From Octopus sinensis (taxonomy: Eukaryota), in NCBI RefSeq assembly GCF_006345805.1, contig NC_043021.1, positions 7,440,001 through 7,504,000 on the forward strand: a stretch of 64,000 bases of DNA, in the 5' to 3' direction. The stretch's first letter is position 1. Every line of letters begins with the position of its first letter. Below are positions 35,886-50,922 of the stretch, piece by piece. The position numbers and the translations under genes were made by a program. Under the pieces are notes generated by a model. That model was not told the origin of the DNA. It worked only from the letters and a program-made list of their open reading frames with translations, and ran no database searches.

Positions 35886-37994
35886 CAGTATGGCTGTTGC
35901 TGATGTTATTGCTGTCATTTAACCCTTAACTGATGAGAAATTTTAAGAATTTCATAAGTAATCAACAACAACAGCAAAAATAGATATATGTATTCTGTGC
36001 ATCTTTTTCCTTGCAATTCCTTAATTTCAAATTCAAACTTCTAATCCTACCAAATGTTATGAAGAAATGATTATCTCCCTTGTATTAACTGCCTGCTCTG
36101 AACTCTGAGTAGTCCTACAATCAAAAGCATTCTAGCTATTATCATCCTCTCTTTCTAGAAAATATCTAAGACAATGTTATGTATTAATTGCTGTATGTAC
36201 ACACACACATAAATACATACATGCATGCATTCATAGATACTTGTATGTACGTACATACATATGTACTGGTTGCCAAGAATGTCTGTTATATGTAAGTGGT
36301 CTGTCTATCCAATAGTATTACACCACTAAACTTAGTGGTTATTCAAGCAATGTATTTGTGGAACTACTTCTTAGCCAACAATGTTCCCAGTTCTATTCTG
36401 AGCATTTGTCAGGGTCTCCGGTATGGGTTAAAAGGCATGTGACCAGTGAAGCCAAGGTATATTGAAATCATGGCCTGCAGCATTGTGGAAGTGAACTATT
36501 TCAGAAAATAAACTTATTGAATCAATGGTGAATATCACCAGATGCCAAGCAGATGAACAGACAACAAACTATTAATGGACAGGATCAACCAATTCGCTTA
36601 GCAAACTACTGCTAATTTCATCAGTAACTGTAGTATGTACAGATGAGATATTTCAGCTAGTGAAAGAACATTGTGACTAAAACATAAACCAGGCATTCAA
36701 ACCACATCACTCAATCAAGACATCTTGGCATGGAAGTGTTACACTAGTGGGGGCAAGTTGCCCAACTGGATGATGAAGAGAACTTTGCTTGTCATTATTT
36801 AGAGGTCAGTAAAATAAAGTACCAGTCAAGTACTAGGGCTGATACAATCAACTTCCCCTTCCCCTCAAAATTACTTGCCTTAAGCCAAAAGAAGTGGTGA
36901 CCTTGGCAGAATCGTTACTACACTGGAAAAAATGCTTAGCAGCATTTTTTCTGACCTTATATTCTGAGTTCAAATACTACTTGGGGTTCATCTATTAGGG
37001 TTTATAAAATAAGGACCAGATAAGCACTGGGGTTTCTGTAATTGATTTATCCCTGAAATTGCTGGCCTTGTGCCAAAATTTAAAACTATTAATATTAATT
37101 TTATTATTAATTATTTAACCCTTTAGCATTTAAACCAAACATATCCAGTCAAAATATTCTACTGGTTTTATGTTTAAACTGGCCAGATCTGGCCTCTTAA
37201 AGCTACCTTACAATATTATTCTAAAAATAAACAATTATGTCATGGAAATCTCAAACCTAAAAGAAAATGCACGACTAATTGAAATGAATGTGAAATAAAT
37301 AATTATTACAAAGGACAAAGTAATCCGAATGCTAAACAATTAAGTAAGAAATTACACATAAAATATAAGAAATTATTAAATAAAATGAAATAAGATATAA
37401 AAAAAAACTTAAAGAGGGAAACATGTTCTATACAAGTAAGATAAAATAGTAGCCTGTATAGGTCCTTTCCCCGACCCTTTATTATTCAAAGTGAAAATGA
37501 AAGATAGTCCTTAGCCATCTGAGGCAGCTTTTAAACTGGAGTTTAGAAAGAATTGTGAGGGGTTAGTTAGTATGGTTAATGATTGAAGGGATAAACACGA
37601 AGAGCATTAGAATTCAGGTAAAGCGAAAGAGATAGAGAGAGATAATAACTGTTAATGTTAACGGTGTACACAGCATACCAAAATGAAACAGAGAGAGAGA
37701 GAGAGAAAAAAATGAGATACTCAAGGGTAAAAAACACCCCCACTAAAACATCTGGCAACATTTCTATTTCGATTGAATGGAATATAGTCTAAACAAAAAC
37801 CAAAAATAAAAAAGAAAAAAATTTACATGCTAAAAACATACGCACACACATACACATCACCACCACTACCACCACCATCTGCCATAAATATTTTCTTTCT
37901 TCACCATGCAGAACATAAATAGACCACAAGAGTCCACCCATTAAGGGGGTAAAAATAGGTAAAACACACATACACACACTCATTTCACAATATA

Positions 37995-38139
37995 TATGTA
38001 TATATATATATTATATATATATTATATATTATATATTTGTATATTATATATATATATATATATTATATATATTATATATTATATTATATATATATATATA
38101 TTATATATTATATATATTAATATATATATATATATATTA

Positions 38140-38179
<40 letters not shown>

Positions 38180-38352
38180 ATATTATATATTATATATATA
38201 TATTATATATATATTAATATATATATATATATATTATATATATATATATTATATATTATATATTATATATATATATATTTATATTATATATTATATATAT
38301 TTATATTATATATATTATATATATATATATTAAATATATTATATATATATAT
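37995..38352. repeat. A/T-only (TA)n-type low-complexity tract
   Basis: Read directly from the sequence. Confidence 0.95.
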
Positions 38353-38469
38353 ATAAACACATACACACACAACAAACAGGTGCAAAGAGAAAAGGTTCAA
38401 AGTGTAAAGAATTAAGAAAATGGAGTAAGAAAAACTAAGGAGAGAAAATAGCACAATGCAAAGTGTTTG

Positions 38470-39180
38470 GTGTAGAATGTGTTGTGTAGAGTGTTTGGAG
38501 CTCAGCATATCGTGTACAGTGTAAGATGTATAATTTATAGTGTAGAGCAGTGCTTTTCAAACTTTTTGCTGGAGCGGAACCCCAAGGAACATTCCACTGG
38601 CTCGAGGAACCCCTGTGCAATAATTTAATAGTCTTATGCACGCATATCTGCACAGGAGAATTAAAAATCACTGCCGATTTTAGCAGTTTTGTAACTTCTT
38701 GCGGAACCCCTGGACTGTAGTGGCGGAACCCTAAGGTTCCGCGGAACCCTGGTTGAAAACCACTGGTGTAGAGTATATTGTGTATAGTGTTAATGTCTTG
38801 GGTAGTGTGATGGTACAGGGTCTAGTGTAAAAGGGCCTACGGTGCAGAATACATTGTGTAGGGTGTACAATGTATGATATAGAATATATTATGCATGGTG
38901 TAGGGTGAATAATATATATTATAGAATATAGGGTGAAGGGTGTACAATATATTGTGTAGCATGTGTAGCATATATATTGTGTAGTATATAGTATACAAGG
39001 GTATAGAGTATAGATTGTGTGTAGAATGTATAGCATAGAATGTGTCATGTATTGTGTAGGTTGTATAATTTATGGCATAGAGTATATTATATAGGGTGTA
39101 TAGTGTAGAATGCATTGTGTAGTATAAAATGTATGGTGTAGAATATATTGTAGAGTACAGAATGCAGTGTAGTATGTTTT
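38470..39180. repeat. Degenerate short-unit minisatellite (TATAGTGTAGAATATATTGTG-like) interrupted by a hAT MITE
   Basis: Recurrent gtgtag/tatag units on both sides of 38548-38765. Confidence 0.7.
38548..38765. mobile_element. hAT MITE, 218 bp
   Basis: TIRs CAGTGCTTTTCAA/TTGAAAACCACTG; perfect 8-bp TSD GTGTAGAG (38540-38547 and 38766-38773); internal GCGGAACCC repeats. Confidence 0.93.
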
Positions 39181-41284
39181 GTTATCTCAATGAAAATGTT
39201 TATCCACAGATTTTAAGTATCCAAAAGTCATCAAAGGAAAACATATTTATTTATATACACCCAATCTCTTATATAAGTGAACAGATTCTTACATAAACAG
39301 GCTATCTAGTGCATATATAATAGCTTTCTCTCTCACTCTGTCTCATGGAGACACATCCATTCACATCAAAACACTTTGCAGACACACATGTACCTGTAGA
39401 CACACAAATATATATTGATCAACATAAATACAGAAGCCAGTCGAGGCGGCACTGGCATCGGCCACGTTCGGGTGGTGCTTTTTATGTGCCACCGGCACAG
39501 GTATCACAACAACAATTTCCATTAGATATTTATTTTGATGTGCTTGACTCAATAGGTCTCCTCAAGCACAGCAGGTCGCCCTACGATCCAAGGTAAGTGC
39601 AGCAGGCCGTTCTGCGATCCAAGGTACTTTGGATGGGCTGGGGCTATGCGAAACTGGTGCAGGAAACAGCCATGAACTCACATCATTTGTCAGGTCTTAG
39701 GAGTCACAGCATATCTCCAGAGATATGAAACAAGTGAAGACAAGGTGGGAGAGAAGATAACAGTAACTAGTTAAAAAGGAAAAACACAAAAATGGCTCTC
39801 ACAAATATTCGATTCCACAATAAGCGCAAAACACTCAAATAATATCTAAGAGAAGTCACATATGTAATTCACCAAAGATCAAATATTTTAAAGACTACCC
39901 AATTATCTATGAAAAAATTAATCTATTTCAGCTAATACATGGGAACGAATCAAACATGGATGTTATTAGCTATTCTCAATAAGTTCTGACTGAATATGTT
40001 TATGTCCTCAAAGCAACTGATTAAATCTATCATTAAAGCAGGGTTTCTAATTATGGTCATCTTTTCCTTTTCATCAGCAACATTATACTAGAGATTTACA
40101 ACTTGGTGTGTAACATCTCAAAAACAGCTTTGCAGTTACACTTGCCCTATTTGTGTGAATAAAACATGGGTTTTTAACATTTTAGTGCCGATTACTAATG
40201 AATATTCATTAGTGGGAATTTCAAGAGTTCTTTTATGGGGAAAAAGCTGAACTTCCTGATAGAAATTTCAAAGAGATGTTATGTAAATGTTATGTAGAAC
40301 TCAGAGAAGAGAATTAAACCAAGAAAACATATGATGTGTTATGCCAAAAAAATGTTAACCCAGCAAATCTTCTACAGCACAAAATGCAAAAAGAAAAACA
40401 CATAATTTATATTTGTTTGTGTATATAGGGCAGGGGTGCAGGCATGGCTGTGTGTTCAGAATTTTTGTTTTGTAGCCATGTCATGTTAAGTTCAGTCCTA
40501 TCAACTGACTTTTTAAGCAAATGCCTTCTACTATAGCCCTGGGCTAACCAAAAACTTGTAAATGGATTTGGTAAGCAAAACCTAAAAGAAGCCCATTGTG
40601 TGTGTGTGTGTGTGTACATGATTTGAGTGTATTTGTAACTCTGGGTCTCAACACTGCATGGTAGTTGTAAACAAGTATCACTGTCATACAAGCAGTGTCA
40701 ATCATTTTCAATCTTCTGTGAAAACATGTCTTGTCGTAGGAAATATCCCTTTGCTTGGAAATAGGTGAAGGTTGAAGACAGGAAGGGCGACTAGCCGGAG
40801 AAAAATCTGCCTCGATACACGAATGGAAAAGTGGGCATCAAAGGAATGATGACGTCAGAGACATATTGCGAAACGAAGGAAGAGAGGTAAACGAAGTAGG
40901 TTTAAAACAATCACTCTTATATTACATAAAAATGAAACTATATGGCTTAAAGCGAAATGATTTGCTGTCTGAATAGAACATGCTAAAACTATTATGCACC
41001 AACAGAAATGCAGAATATATATACAAACACCCACTACACTCTCGGAGTGGTTGACGTTAGGAAGGGCATCCAGCTGTAGAAACTCTGCCAGATCAAGATT
41101 GGAGCCTGGTGCAGCCATCTGGTTCACCAGTCCTCAGTCAAATCATCCAACCCATGCTAGCATGGAAAACGGACATTAAACAACGATGATGATGATGATG
41201 ATGATATATGTTTATATAAGCATGTGTGTGTGTTAATATACTTCTACACATCTGTATATAGCAAATATGTCTTGTAAGGGAATC

Positions 41285-41610
41285 TTACATTGCGTATAAA
41301 CTCTATATTTGGAAGGACCCATTTTAAACTCTGTTGGACTTTTGGACTTTACTCATAGGATATTGGAATATTGCATGTATACCATTATGCCTGTAAAATG
41401 GATTTACAACTTCAATATCCATACATATCTTGCATCTATTTTCTTTCTTCCACCTCACTCTCTATTTTGTATCTCAGCCAAACTAACTATGACTTAACCA
41501 TCCTCTCACACCGTCTCTGATGAAGGGATATAATTAATAAATTTCCTAGAAACAGCTGTTAAGACCTTCTTTCTATAAATGTTCTAATATCTACACAGCC
41601 TTGGTTTTTT
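41285..41610 (+). mobile_element. Penelope-like terminal repeat with minimal hammerhead-like motif
   Basis: GTCT-CTGATGA-AGGGA..TTCCTA-GAAA-CAGCTG-TT-A-AGAC at 41513-41565. Confidence 0.6.
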
Positions 41611-42349
41611 ATCGTATTATGCAAAAAATTCTTATATATGAGTTATATATACATACATATGTTTATATAAGTGTGTGTGTGTGTGTGTGTGTTAATATGC
41701 CTCTACATATCTGTATATAGCAAATCTGTGCCTATACAAATATGCATATCCAGAAGATATATATATATATGAGTTATATATACATAAATGTTTATATATG
41801 TGTGTGTGTTTGTGTGTGCGTGTATGTGTGTGTTAATATGCTTCTAAATATCTGTATATAGCAAGTATGTGTCTATATATACCTGCATATCACAAAATGT
41901 ATAAACATACGTGTGTGTGTGAATGTGCATATACATATCTGCATGTGTATACATATGTATATAAAAGCATATGCACATGTATTTACATGTAAGTCTATGC
42001 ATGTATGCATGTAATAATGCATCCTCCAAGCATGCATTATAAAAGAAAGTAACAACAACTGCAAAATCCTAATAAATAATAAGAAGAACAACTGGGAGTT
42101 GTTAACATGCTTGACAAAAAAGAAAAGTGATAGAAAGAGAAAGAGAGAGAGAGAAGGTGATTGCAGTGTGAGAGAGGGAGGGAGAGAGATAGAGAGAAAG
42201 AAAAGGAAATAAAACAACACAGAAATTGGGGAATACTGCACCTGGGATCTAGTGTCCAGCCAGAGGGGACAGCCAGGGGACTACTGGGGAAAACAGAAAA
42301 ATAGCCAATGGAGACAAAGTTGAAAGAAATAAATGCAGACCAGACACTC

Positions 42350-42412
<63 letters not shown>

Positions 42413-42519
42413 TTCATGCATATATATATATGTGTGTATATATATACACATGCATATATGTGTATGTATGTATAGACACACATATTCATCATCATTGTTT
42501 AATATCCACACTCCATGCT

Positions 42520-42567
<48 letters not shown>

Positions 42568-43449
42568 TATATATATACATATATATATATTATATATATA
42601 TATATGCATATAAGTGTATGTGCATATTTATACACACACTAGCATACACACAACTACGTATACATATATAGTACATATACAAACACACATACACACACAT
42701 ATATATATATATGTATATATAAAATTAATCGAAGGATACTGTATGTCTACCTGCTGGAAATAACAGTCAAAGCTCAGCAGGTAGACATACTTGGTATGTC
42801 CTTTGATTAATTTTAATCCTTCAGCTATTCAATGCTTTTTTGGGGACCTGCAATTGCCTATGTTATTGATTCTGTTATTATCATTTTAATTGTTACACTA
42901 GATAATAATAGAGTCAATATCTTCGCAAATACTTACTCCCGAATTTTTTGCTCCATATAGGAATATATATATACCCATACACACATATATTCATGTACAT
43001 GTACTTAAATAATAAGATTATGTGCATGTATAAAAACACACAACTGATCAGTCGGGAAAGCAAGCATCTTTTGATGGAAGTAATTAGTGACAAAGGTACA
43101 GATTACAACAAGCAACGGTAGGGTTAAGATTTACAGGAAATAAACCAAATCTGTTTTCAATCTTCCATTCATATTTCTTTTAGTCATTCATTTTAATGAT
43201 TCCAATATTCATAACCTTTACTTCCAAACATCAAAGAATCTTTTACATATATATATATATATATATACACACACACGTACATACATACACATATATATAT
43301 ATAGCTATACCACAACCCTGTGATGTAGGTTCAGTAGATGAGGGCTAAGTTTAAGCTGAATAGCAGCCATAAAGACAACCATGTGACTAATTCGAGCCTG
43401 CCGAATCCTCGGAGTATCACTTCATTTTCAAGTAATATTCTTTTTGTCT

Positions 43450-43832
43450 TTGTTTTAGTCATTTGACTGCAGCCATGCTGGAGCACTGCCTTTAAGTCAA
43501 AGAAATTTTATATCTTCAAGCTTAGTACTTATTTTATCAGTTTCTTTTGCCAAAATGCTAAGTTACAGGGATGTAAACACACCAACACCAGTTGCCAAGT
43601 GATGATGGGGAGGGGGACAAGCACAGATAAAAAGTCACACACACATAGATATATGCATGTGTATATATATACGATGGGCTTCTTTCAGTCTCTATCTACC
43701 AAATCCACTCACAAGATTTTGGTTGGCTTGAGGCTTATAGTAGAAGACACTTGCCCAAGGTGCCACACAGTGGGACTGAACCCAGAACCATGTGGCTCAG
43801 AAGTAAGCTTCTTACCACACTGACATGCCTGC
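43450..43832 (-). mobile_element. CORE-type SINE family C
   Basis: Colinear with 45520-45888 and 46695-47020. Confidence 0.85.
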
Positions 43833-45519
43833 ACTTCTATGTTTTCGTTATTGTTGTTGTTTGGAAGTATGTAATTCCTGGCAAAACAGACCTGAGCTCA
43901 AAAACCTTTCTAGTCCTTATTCTACCCTGTCTTTATCAAACATTTTATATCTATCACTATAAATTTTTTGTTTTTGATAAGATGATACTATTTGACTTTA
44001 GGAGATTTGGCTGCTATTTCCAGAAAGTCAGGTGACCACCTTTTCTGTTATCTTTTACTTGTTTCATGCAGGGGCACTGCCTTGAAGAATTGTTTTAGTC
44101 GAATAAATCAACCCCAGAACTTATTTTCTGTTAAGCTGAGTACTTATTCTTTTAATATTTTGAAAACATTCTGTTGAGGAATATGAGGTGTTGTTCATAT
44201 TCTCAGAGAAGGATCTCCCAAATTAAATAAATGTAAGGAATGAAATGCATGAGACTAGTGAGCTAATCAATAAATGCTGAACAACTGCAAAATCAGAATT
44301 CTCTGGAATTACACGGGGACATTGTGAAGAGTGTGATCAACTAATATGAGTTAGTGACCTATTCCGTAAATTAAAAAAAAAAAGAAAACAGAATGTAATG
44401 GAAAGTGGTATAACATAGAAAGATAAAGCTTTAAAGCTTAGAGATAAATATCAACATGGCTTGATATGGGGATTATATCAATCAATCATTTCATATTGTA
44501 GGTATGAAACTCTGAGCTTTTTATTGAATTTGTTTGTCAGAATATTAAAACTCATGTAAATACAATAACCATAATGGTTATTAGCACTGCATCCTTCAAA
44601 ACTTCCTTGCTTTCTGAGATTTGCCAACACTACACCTGATTTTCTCCCCTCCATACACACACAAGCATGTACCTGACTCATGCATTGTTCGCTTTCCAGA
44701 CATTTGTACGCTACTGTATGTGCTTTATATGCACTGTCTGACAAGTTGTGGTGCACCTGAGCACTGTATACAATAATTTCATTATTATTATATTATTATC
44801 AAAAGATTTAAAAAACAAACAAAAAAAAAACAGAAGAAAAAAAATGAGTTTTAAAACAAAAAGAATTGATTTGTTTTTTTTTGTTTTTTTACACACGAGG
44901 GAAATATGAAGGGGTCTGTCGTTTAGATGCAATTTCTGAAGTAATGAGTAAATTTCCATCTGGACAGGATGTCACACAATGGGAATTAGTTGTGTCACAA
45001 CACACAGCTCAGTTGCATCACAAGTGAATCAACAGCATTGCAATATGCAAATCAGTTGCATGCAGGTAGGTAGGTAGGCAGGTAGATACACAAATGAAAA
45101 AAAAATTAAATGCATGTAATGTTAGCATGGCTCAGTCCTATACGACTTGAAGTTTTGGAGAGACACAAATCACAAAATCACCATCTACTAATATGATCTC
45201 AAGGCAACCAAAACAATTGGTAATTTATGCCTACAAAACTTCAACTGACGTGGGACTATATTAATTTGTTTATAATGAACCCTACCCAATTTCTACAGGT
45301 GTTACTTATTCTTTCCTATCTTCCCTACTCATCATCCTTCAATACTTGTTCTTTATTATATTCACCCTCTCACTCATTCCCTATCCAACCTTCTTTCACT
45401 CTTCCATACGTCCCTGCAACCCCACCTCATACACCCTGCTTTGTCCCCACTCACCTTGTACTCATCACCACTATTTTTATCTCTTTCCAGTTCCATCCTG
45501 ATCACTCCTACCCTCTTTT

Positions 45520-45888
45520 ACTTGTTTCAGTCATTTGACTGCGGCCATGTTGGAGCATCACCTTTAGTCGAGCAAATCGACCCCAGGACTTATTCTTTGT
45601 AAGCCTAGTACTTATTCTATTGGTCACTTTTACCGAACCGCTAAGTTACGGGGATGTAAACACACCACCATCAGTTGTCAAACGGTGTTGGGGGGACAAA
45701 CACTAACACACACATATATATATATATATGACAGGCTTCTTTCAGTTTCTGTCAACCAAATCCACTCACAAAGCTTTGGTTGGCTCAAGACTATAGTAGA
45801 AGACACTTGCCCAAGGTGCCACGCAGTAAGAATGAACCCAGAACCATGTAGTTGGTAAGCAAGCTACTTACCACACAGCCACTCCTGC
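45520..45888 (-). mobile_element. CORE-type SINE family C, well preserved
   Basis: Ends in ..accacacagccactcctgc, the reverse complement of the tRNA-like head. Confidence 0.88.
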
Positions 45889-46694
45889 AACTATAATGTG
45901 AGCAGCCATATAGTCTCCCCACAGCAAGAAACCTGTTCTACGCTGATCCCTTCTCTCATACGTTAATCCCTTATCTCCTAGCATAAAACTACTTTCCTCC
46001 CTGTTGTAGCCCCACTCACTTGAATATGATCTTGGTCTTGCAGCTGCAAGACGACCTCACTCGGTTAAGTGGCTGGCATAATAAAACAGCATCAAGCCAT
46101 AGGGACCATACCAAAGCATGGTACAGGAGCAAGATGCTGTCTTTGGACCACTGACATTCTGTCACACTATCCATCTCATGCTAGCATGAAGCAGACATTA
46201 AATGATGACATGTGTGCGTGTGAGACTGTCAATCATGCAAAAAATAAAACTAGGAGCTATATAGTTCCTCCTCATTAGATTTTGCAGCCTTGTGTATTTT
46301 TATGGAGATGAAATTCTTATTCAGCAACCAGCCTGATTCCTTCTGGAGAGGGGCATTACCACCACCACAACAACAGCAACAGAGGGAGTCAACTGACCAC
46401 ACATTACTGCTTACAACAAAAGCAAAAACCTCCACCAGCTTCAGTAGCAAAGATTGAAGAGAAGCTAATATTTAAAAGTTGTTATTTCAAGGATGAGTGA
46501 CCATGCAGAACAGCAATTCACAATTTTTTCCCCAGCAAGGATCTCTTTTATATGAATGAATTTTCCCAAAGGACCCAGTCTTTTGATAGGTTTGTCTATT
46601 CAACAGCCTCGTTTTATTGATTAACAGTAAACGCAGTTTCCTAGTTTCGTGCCTCAACTGAAAGCTATACGTACATTATATATATATATTCTTT

Positions 46695-47020
46695 TACTTT
46701 TTACTTGTTTCAGTCATTTGACTGCAGCCATGCTGGAGCACAGCCCTTAGTCGAAGAAATCAACCCTAGGATTTATTCTTTGTAAGCCTAGTACTTATTC
46801 TATCAGTCTCTTTTTGCCAAACCACTAAGTTACGGGGACGTAAACACACCAACATCAGTTGTCAAGTGATGATGGGGGGAGGTCAAACACAGACACACAA
46901 TCATATACATACATATATATATACGATGGGTTTCTTTCAGTTTCCGTCAACCAAATTCTCTCACAAGGCTTTGGTCAGCCTAAGACTATAGTAGAAGACA
47001 CTTGCCCAAGGTGCCACATA
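46695..47020 (-). mobile_element. CORE-type SINE family C
   Basis: Colinear with 45520-45888. Confidence 0.85.
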
Positions 47021-47154
47021 CAGGTAATGTTGATCTGATGGAGGGAGTGGCTTAAGTCTACGCAAACATTTGATCACTCAAAGCAAATCATCTGTGTGGT
47101 TGTTCAGTAAGAAATTGTCGAACCTTCATGCATCGTCTAACAAAGGGAGAGTCC

Positions 47155-47212
<58 letters not shown>

Positions 47213-47213
<1 letters not shown>

Positions 47214-47510
47214 CTGGCACTTGTGCTGGTGGTACATGAAAAAACACTCCTGTGCAGGTGGCACATAAAAAGCACCATTTGAGCATGGCCGCTGCCAGTA
47301 CTGCCTGACTGGCCTTCATGCCAGTGGCACATAAAAGCACCCACTACACTCTCAGAGTGGTTGGTGTTAGGAAGGGCATCCAGCTGTAGAAACTCTGCCA
47401 GATCAGATTGGAGCCTGGTGCAGCCTACTGGCTTGCCAGTTCTCAGTCAGACCGTCCAACCCATGCTAGCATGGAAAGCGGATGTTAAACAACGATGATG
47501 ATGATGATAT
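47213..47510 (+). mobile_element. Family B element
   Basis: ..gcacccactacactctc..catggaaagcggatgttaaac(gat)n tail. Confidence 0.85.
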
Positions 47511-47662
47511 ATAATGTATGTATGTATATCTTCAAGGTGCTGCACAATGGAACTGAACTCAAAAGCACGCGGTTGCAAAGCAAGCTTCTTAACCTCACAG
47601 CCATACCTGCAGCTATAATTATTAAATAATTATGACCTTTTAAGAAAGGTGTATTATTATAT

Positions 47663-47702
<40 letters not shown>

Positions 47703-48805
47703 TTATGTATATATATAATATATATATATATGTATATATTCACATGTATATGGACATACTTGTTGACATTATTGAGTGACGTAATATAACTAAGGGAGTG
47801 AAGTGTGAGTAGTGAGAGAAAGAGGAGGCAGTGAAAATAGAGCGGGGAGGTGAGAGTAAGAGAGAGAGAGAGAGTAAGTGAGAGAGAGAGAGTAAGTGAG
47901 AGAGAGAGAGAAAGAAATTAAATGGCAGAGAGCCATGTAATAAAACGCTCGCATCGTTAGATGGGTGGTGGATGTTGTTATTCCTGTCTTCAAGGAGACA
48001 AGAGCAAGACATTAGCTAGACAATGAGAGTAGATGTTAATACAACAGAGATGTTAGTAGTGAAGTCAAAGAAACCATTCACCGAGTTGGAGTAGTAGTAG
48101 TAGTAGTAGTAGTAAAAAGGATAGTAGTTGATAACTTGAAGTCAACCTTACCAATTGGTTAATGATTTGTTTATCTCCATTACAAGAGAATTAAGTGGTA
48201 TGTCTACTTCTGAAGTGCTACAGAATTGGTGCAATGGAAAATAAAAACATAACACAACGATAACAACAACAACAATAAATAATAATAAAGAAAGAAAGAA
48301 AGAAAGGATGATAAAATAAAAATTCATAAACAGGAGTTCCAAAAAATAAAACAAATAGAAGAAATGATAGAAAAAGAAAAAAAAAACAAAAATTAAAGTG
48401 CAATGCTATAAAGAATAAAGAAACATTTAAAACTGAAGAATATTTTCTAAATGCTTATTCTATGTTTATACCATGTAAACTAATTCCAAACAAGACCTTA
48501 GCCAATCAAAAAATGCCTTAGTTAGCAGGTAGCTATTGCATCACCATCATTATTATTATTACTATTATTATTATTATTATTATTATTAAGAAGGCGGTGG
48601 GCTGGCAGAATCATTTGCATGCCAGGCCAAATGCTTAGCAGCATTTCGTTTTTACCTCCTGAGTTCAAATTCCTCTGAGGTCAACTTTGCTTTTCATGCT
48701 CCCAGGGTTGACAAAATAAGTATCAGTTAAGTACTGAGGTCAATGTAATTAATTGACTTACACACTCCCCTCAAATTGCTGGCCTTGTGCCAAAATTTGA
48801 AACCA

Positions 48806-48839
<34 letters not shown>

Positions 48840-49972
48840 ATTGGCAAGGATTGTGAACAGACTGTCTCATTTTTTTGACATCCTTAAATTGTCACCTAAA
48901 GCTTGCCAGTCATTGAATACGAAAATAAAATATTCTAACTTGAGAGTTTAACCATTTCAATATGAACCCATCTGAGATTAACTTGGGTTCTGTGATACAA
49001 ATTTCTCAGTTTAAAGCGATGTTGATTTGAGCCTTGCTCTAAAATTTCATGATAATTTGTTTCCAACCACCAGCTTAATAACAGCAAAGATATTTTCTAT
49101 AAATTTTTCATTATCTTCAAAATTAGCAGAAACAATGCTACACATGCATGCACTCATGTACACATCATACACACATACATGTATGGGATATGCATGTTTA
49201 TGGTAGTTCTTTCAACCCCAAACTGCAAAAAATCTCCTTGAAAATCAAGTATTGCCAGTCAAATTCCATTCATAAACTGACTTTCAGGTTTTGTTTAGGC
49301 ATCTGTATTCACAAGTAGAAGGATCGTCACTGAGCCGAGAGTAAACTTCTCACCTGGTTATTGCTATTTCTAACACACACAGGCACTGATCACAACAGCC
49401 ATACACCTCTTATCAAACAAGCCATTGAAGAAACCTTTACATGGTTGCTTAACCTGCTAGAAATAACAGCAAAACCTCAGTCAAATCACATCTAGATATC
49501 TTAGCAAAGGAAAGGGACACACTGAATGATATATTCCTTGATACTCTTTAAAGCAAAAAAAAAAAAATAATAATAATAAAATAAAACAGAACTGGAATGT
49601 CTTTGATACTAAATCTACTCAATTAGGTCTGACCTGGAACTAATCAACAACAATAACGAACTTCTCTGAAAGGACTAATTACCGTTGAGAGATACCTCTG
49701 ATAAGGAATACACCGAAGATATTCGCTATTATTACACATTAAGTTTAAATAAGAGGAAAGTACAAAATTATTCCGGAACAATTACAAATTGCTTTAAAGA
49801 TAATACAAATAATATATACAAGATAAATAATATAATGAAATATTTCTTTTATTAATAAATGAGTGTTAATATAACATTTTTTTATTCATTTAACAAATAA
49901 CTTTTTCATGGAATTGAAACTAAATTTAGATTATATCATATTTATTTATTATATATATATATTTTTTTTTAC

Positions 49973-50092
49973 CTGGGTGGAGTTATGACACCGAATTTTG
50001 GTGATGGTACTGGTTTTGATACAGGCAGAGACATGGGAAAACTGCGACGTGGGGGACGTCGGATGTTTGAGTATAATGGGCTTCCAGAACAC
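49973..50092 (-). CDS. unc-104: unc-104/KIF1A exon (CSGSPLYSNIRRPPRRSFPMSLPVSKPVPSPKFGVITPP)
   Basis: tttacag| acceptor, |gtaaaa donor, 120 nt, phase 2 to 2. Matches the KIF1A RR..P..PLSKPVP motif. Confidence 0.93.
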
Positions 50093-50197
50093 CTGTAAAT
50101 AAAGCCATAACGAAAAGATATCATTCTGTTTAATTTAATTTAATTCAATTCAATGTAAAGGACTCAAAATTATGCATGCACACACACACACAAAGTA

Positions 50198-50236
<39 letters not shown>

Positions 50237-50239
<3 letters not shown>

Positions 50240-50922
50240 AGTGGCATGTAAAAAGCACTATTCAAGCGTGATTATTGCCAGTGCCACCTGACTGGCTCCT
50301 ATGCCTGTGGCACATAAAAAACACCATTCGAGCATGGTCAATGCCAGTGCCAACTGACTGGTCCTGTGCTGGTGGCACGTAAAAAGCACCCACTACATTC
50401 TTGGAGTGGTAGACATCAGGAAGGGCATCCAGATGTAGAAACCTTGCCAGATCAGATTAGAGCCTGGTGCAGCCTTCTGGCTTGCCAGAACCTCAGTCAA
50501 ACTGTCAAACCCATGCCAGCATGGAAAGCAGACGTTAAACGACGATGATACACACACACACACACAGACATGTATGTTTATTACACAAAAAGCACCAGCC
50601 TAACTGAGTCTCACCAAGCAATTGATCTCAATTGTTTTCATCATGTAAAATGTACTTCTATATATTTTACTGTTCTTACATTATTATATATGCATGAGCG
50701 TGGCTGTTGCCAGTACCACCTGACTGGCCCTCGTGCCAGTAGCATGTAAAAGCACCCACTACACTCTTGGAGTGGTTGGCATTAGGAAGGGCATCCAGCT
50801 GTAGAAACTTTGCCAGATCAGATTGGAGCTTGGTGTAGTCATCTGGTTCACCAGTCCTCCGTCAAATCATCCAACCCATGCTAGCATGGAAAACGGACGT
50901 TAAACGATGATGATGATAATGA
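50237..50922 (+). mobile_element. Two adjacent family B elements (50237-50550 and 50695-50922)
   Basis: Both end in catggaaa..gacgttaaacgatgat. Confidence 0.85.
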
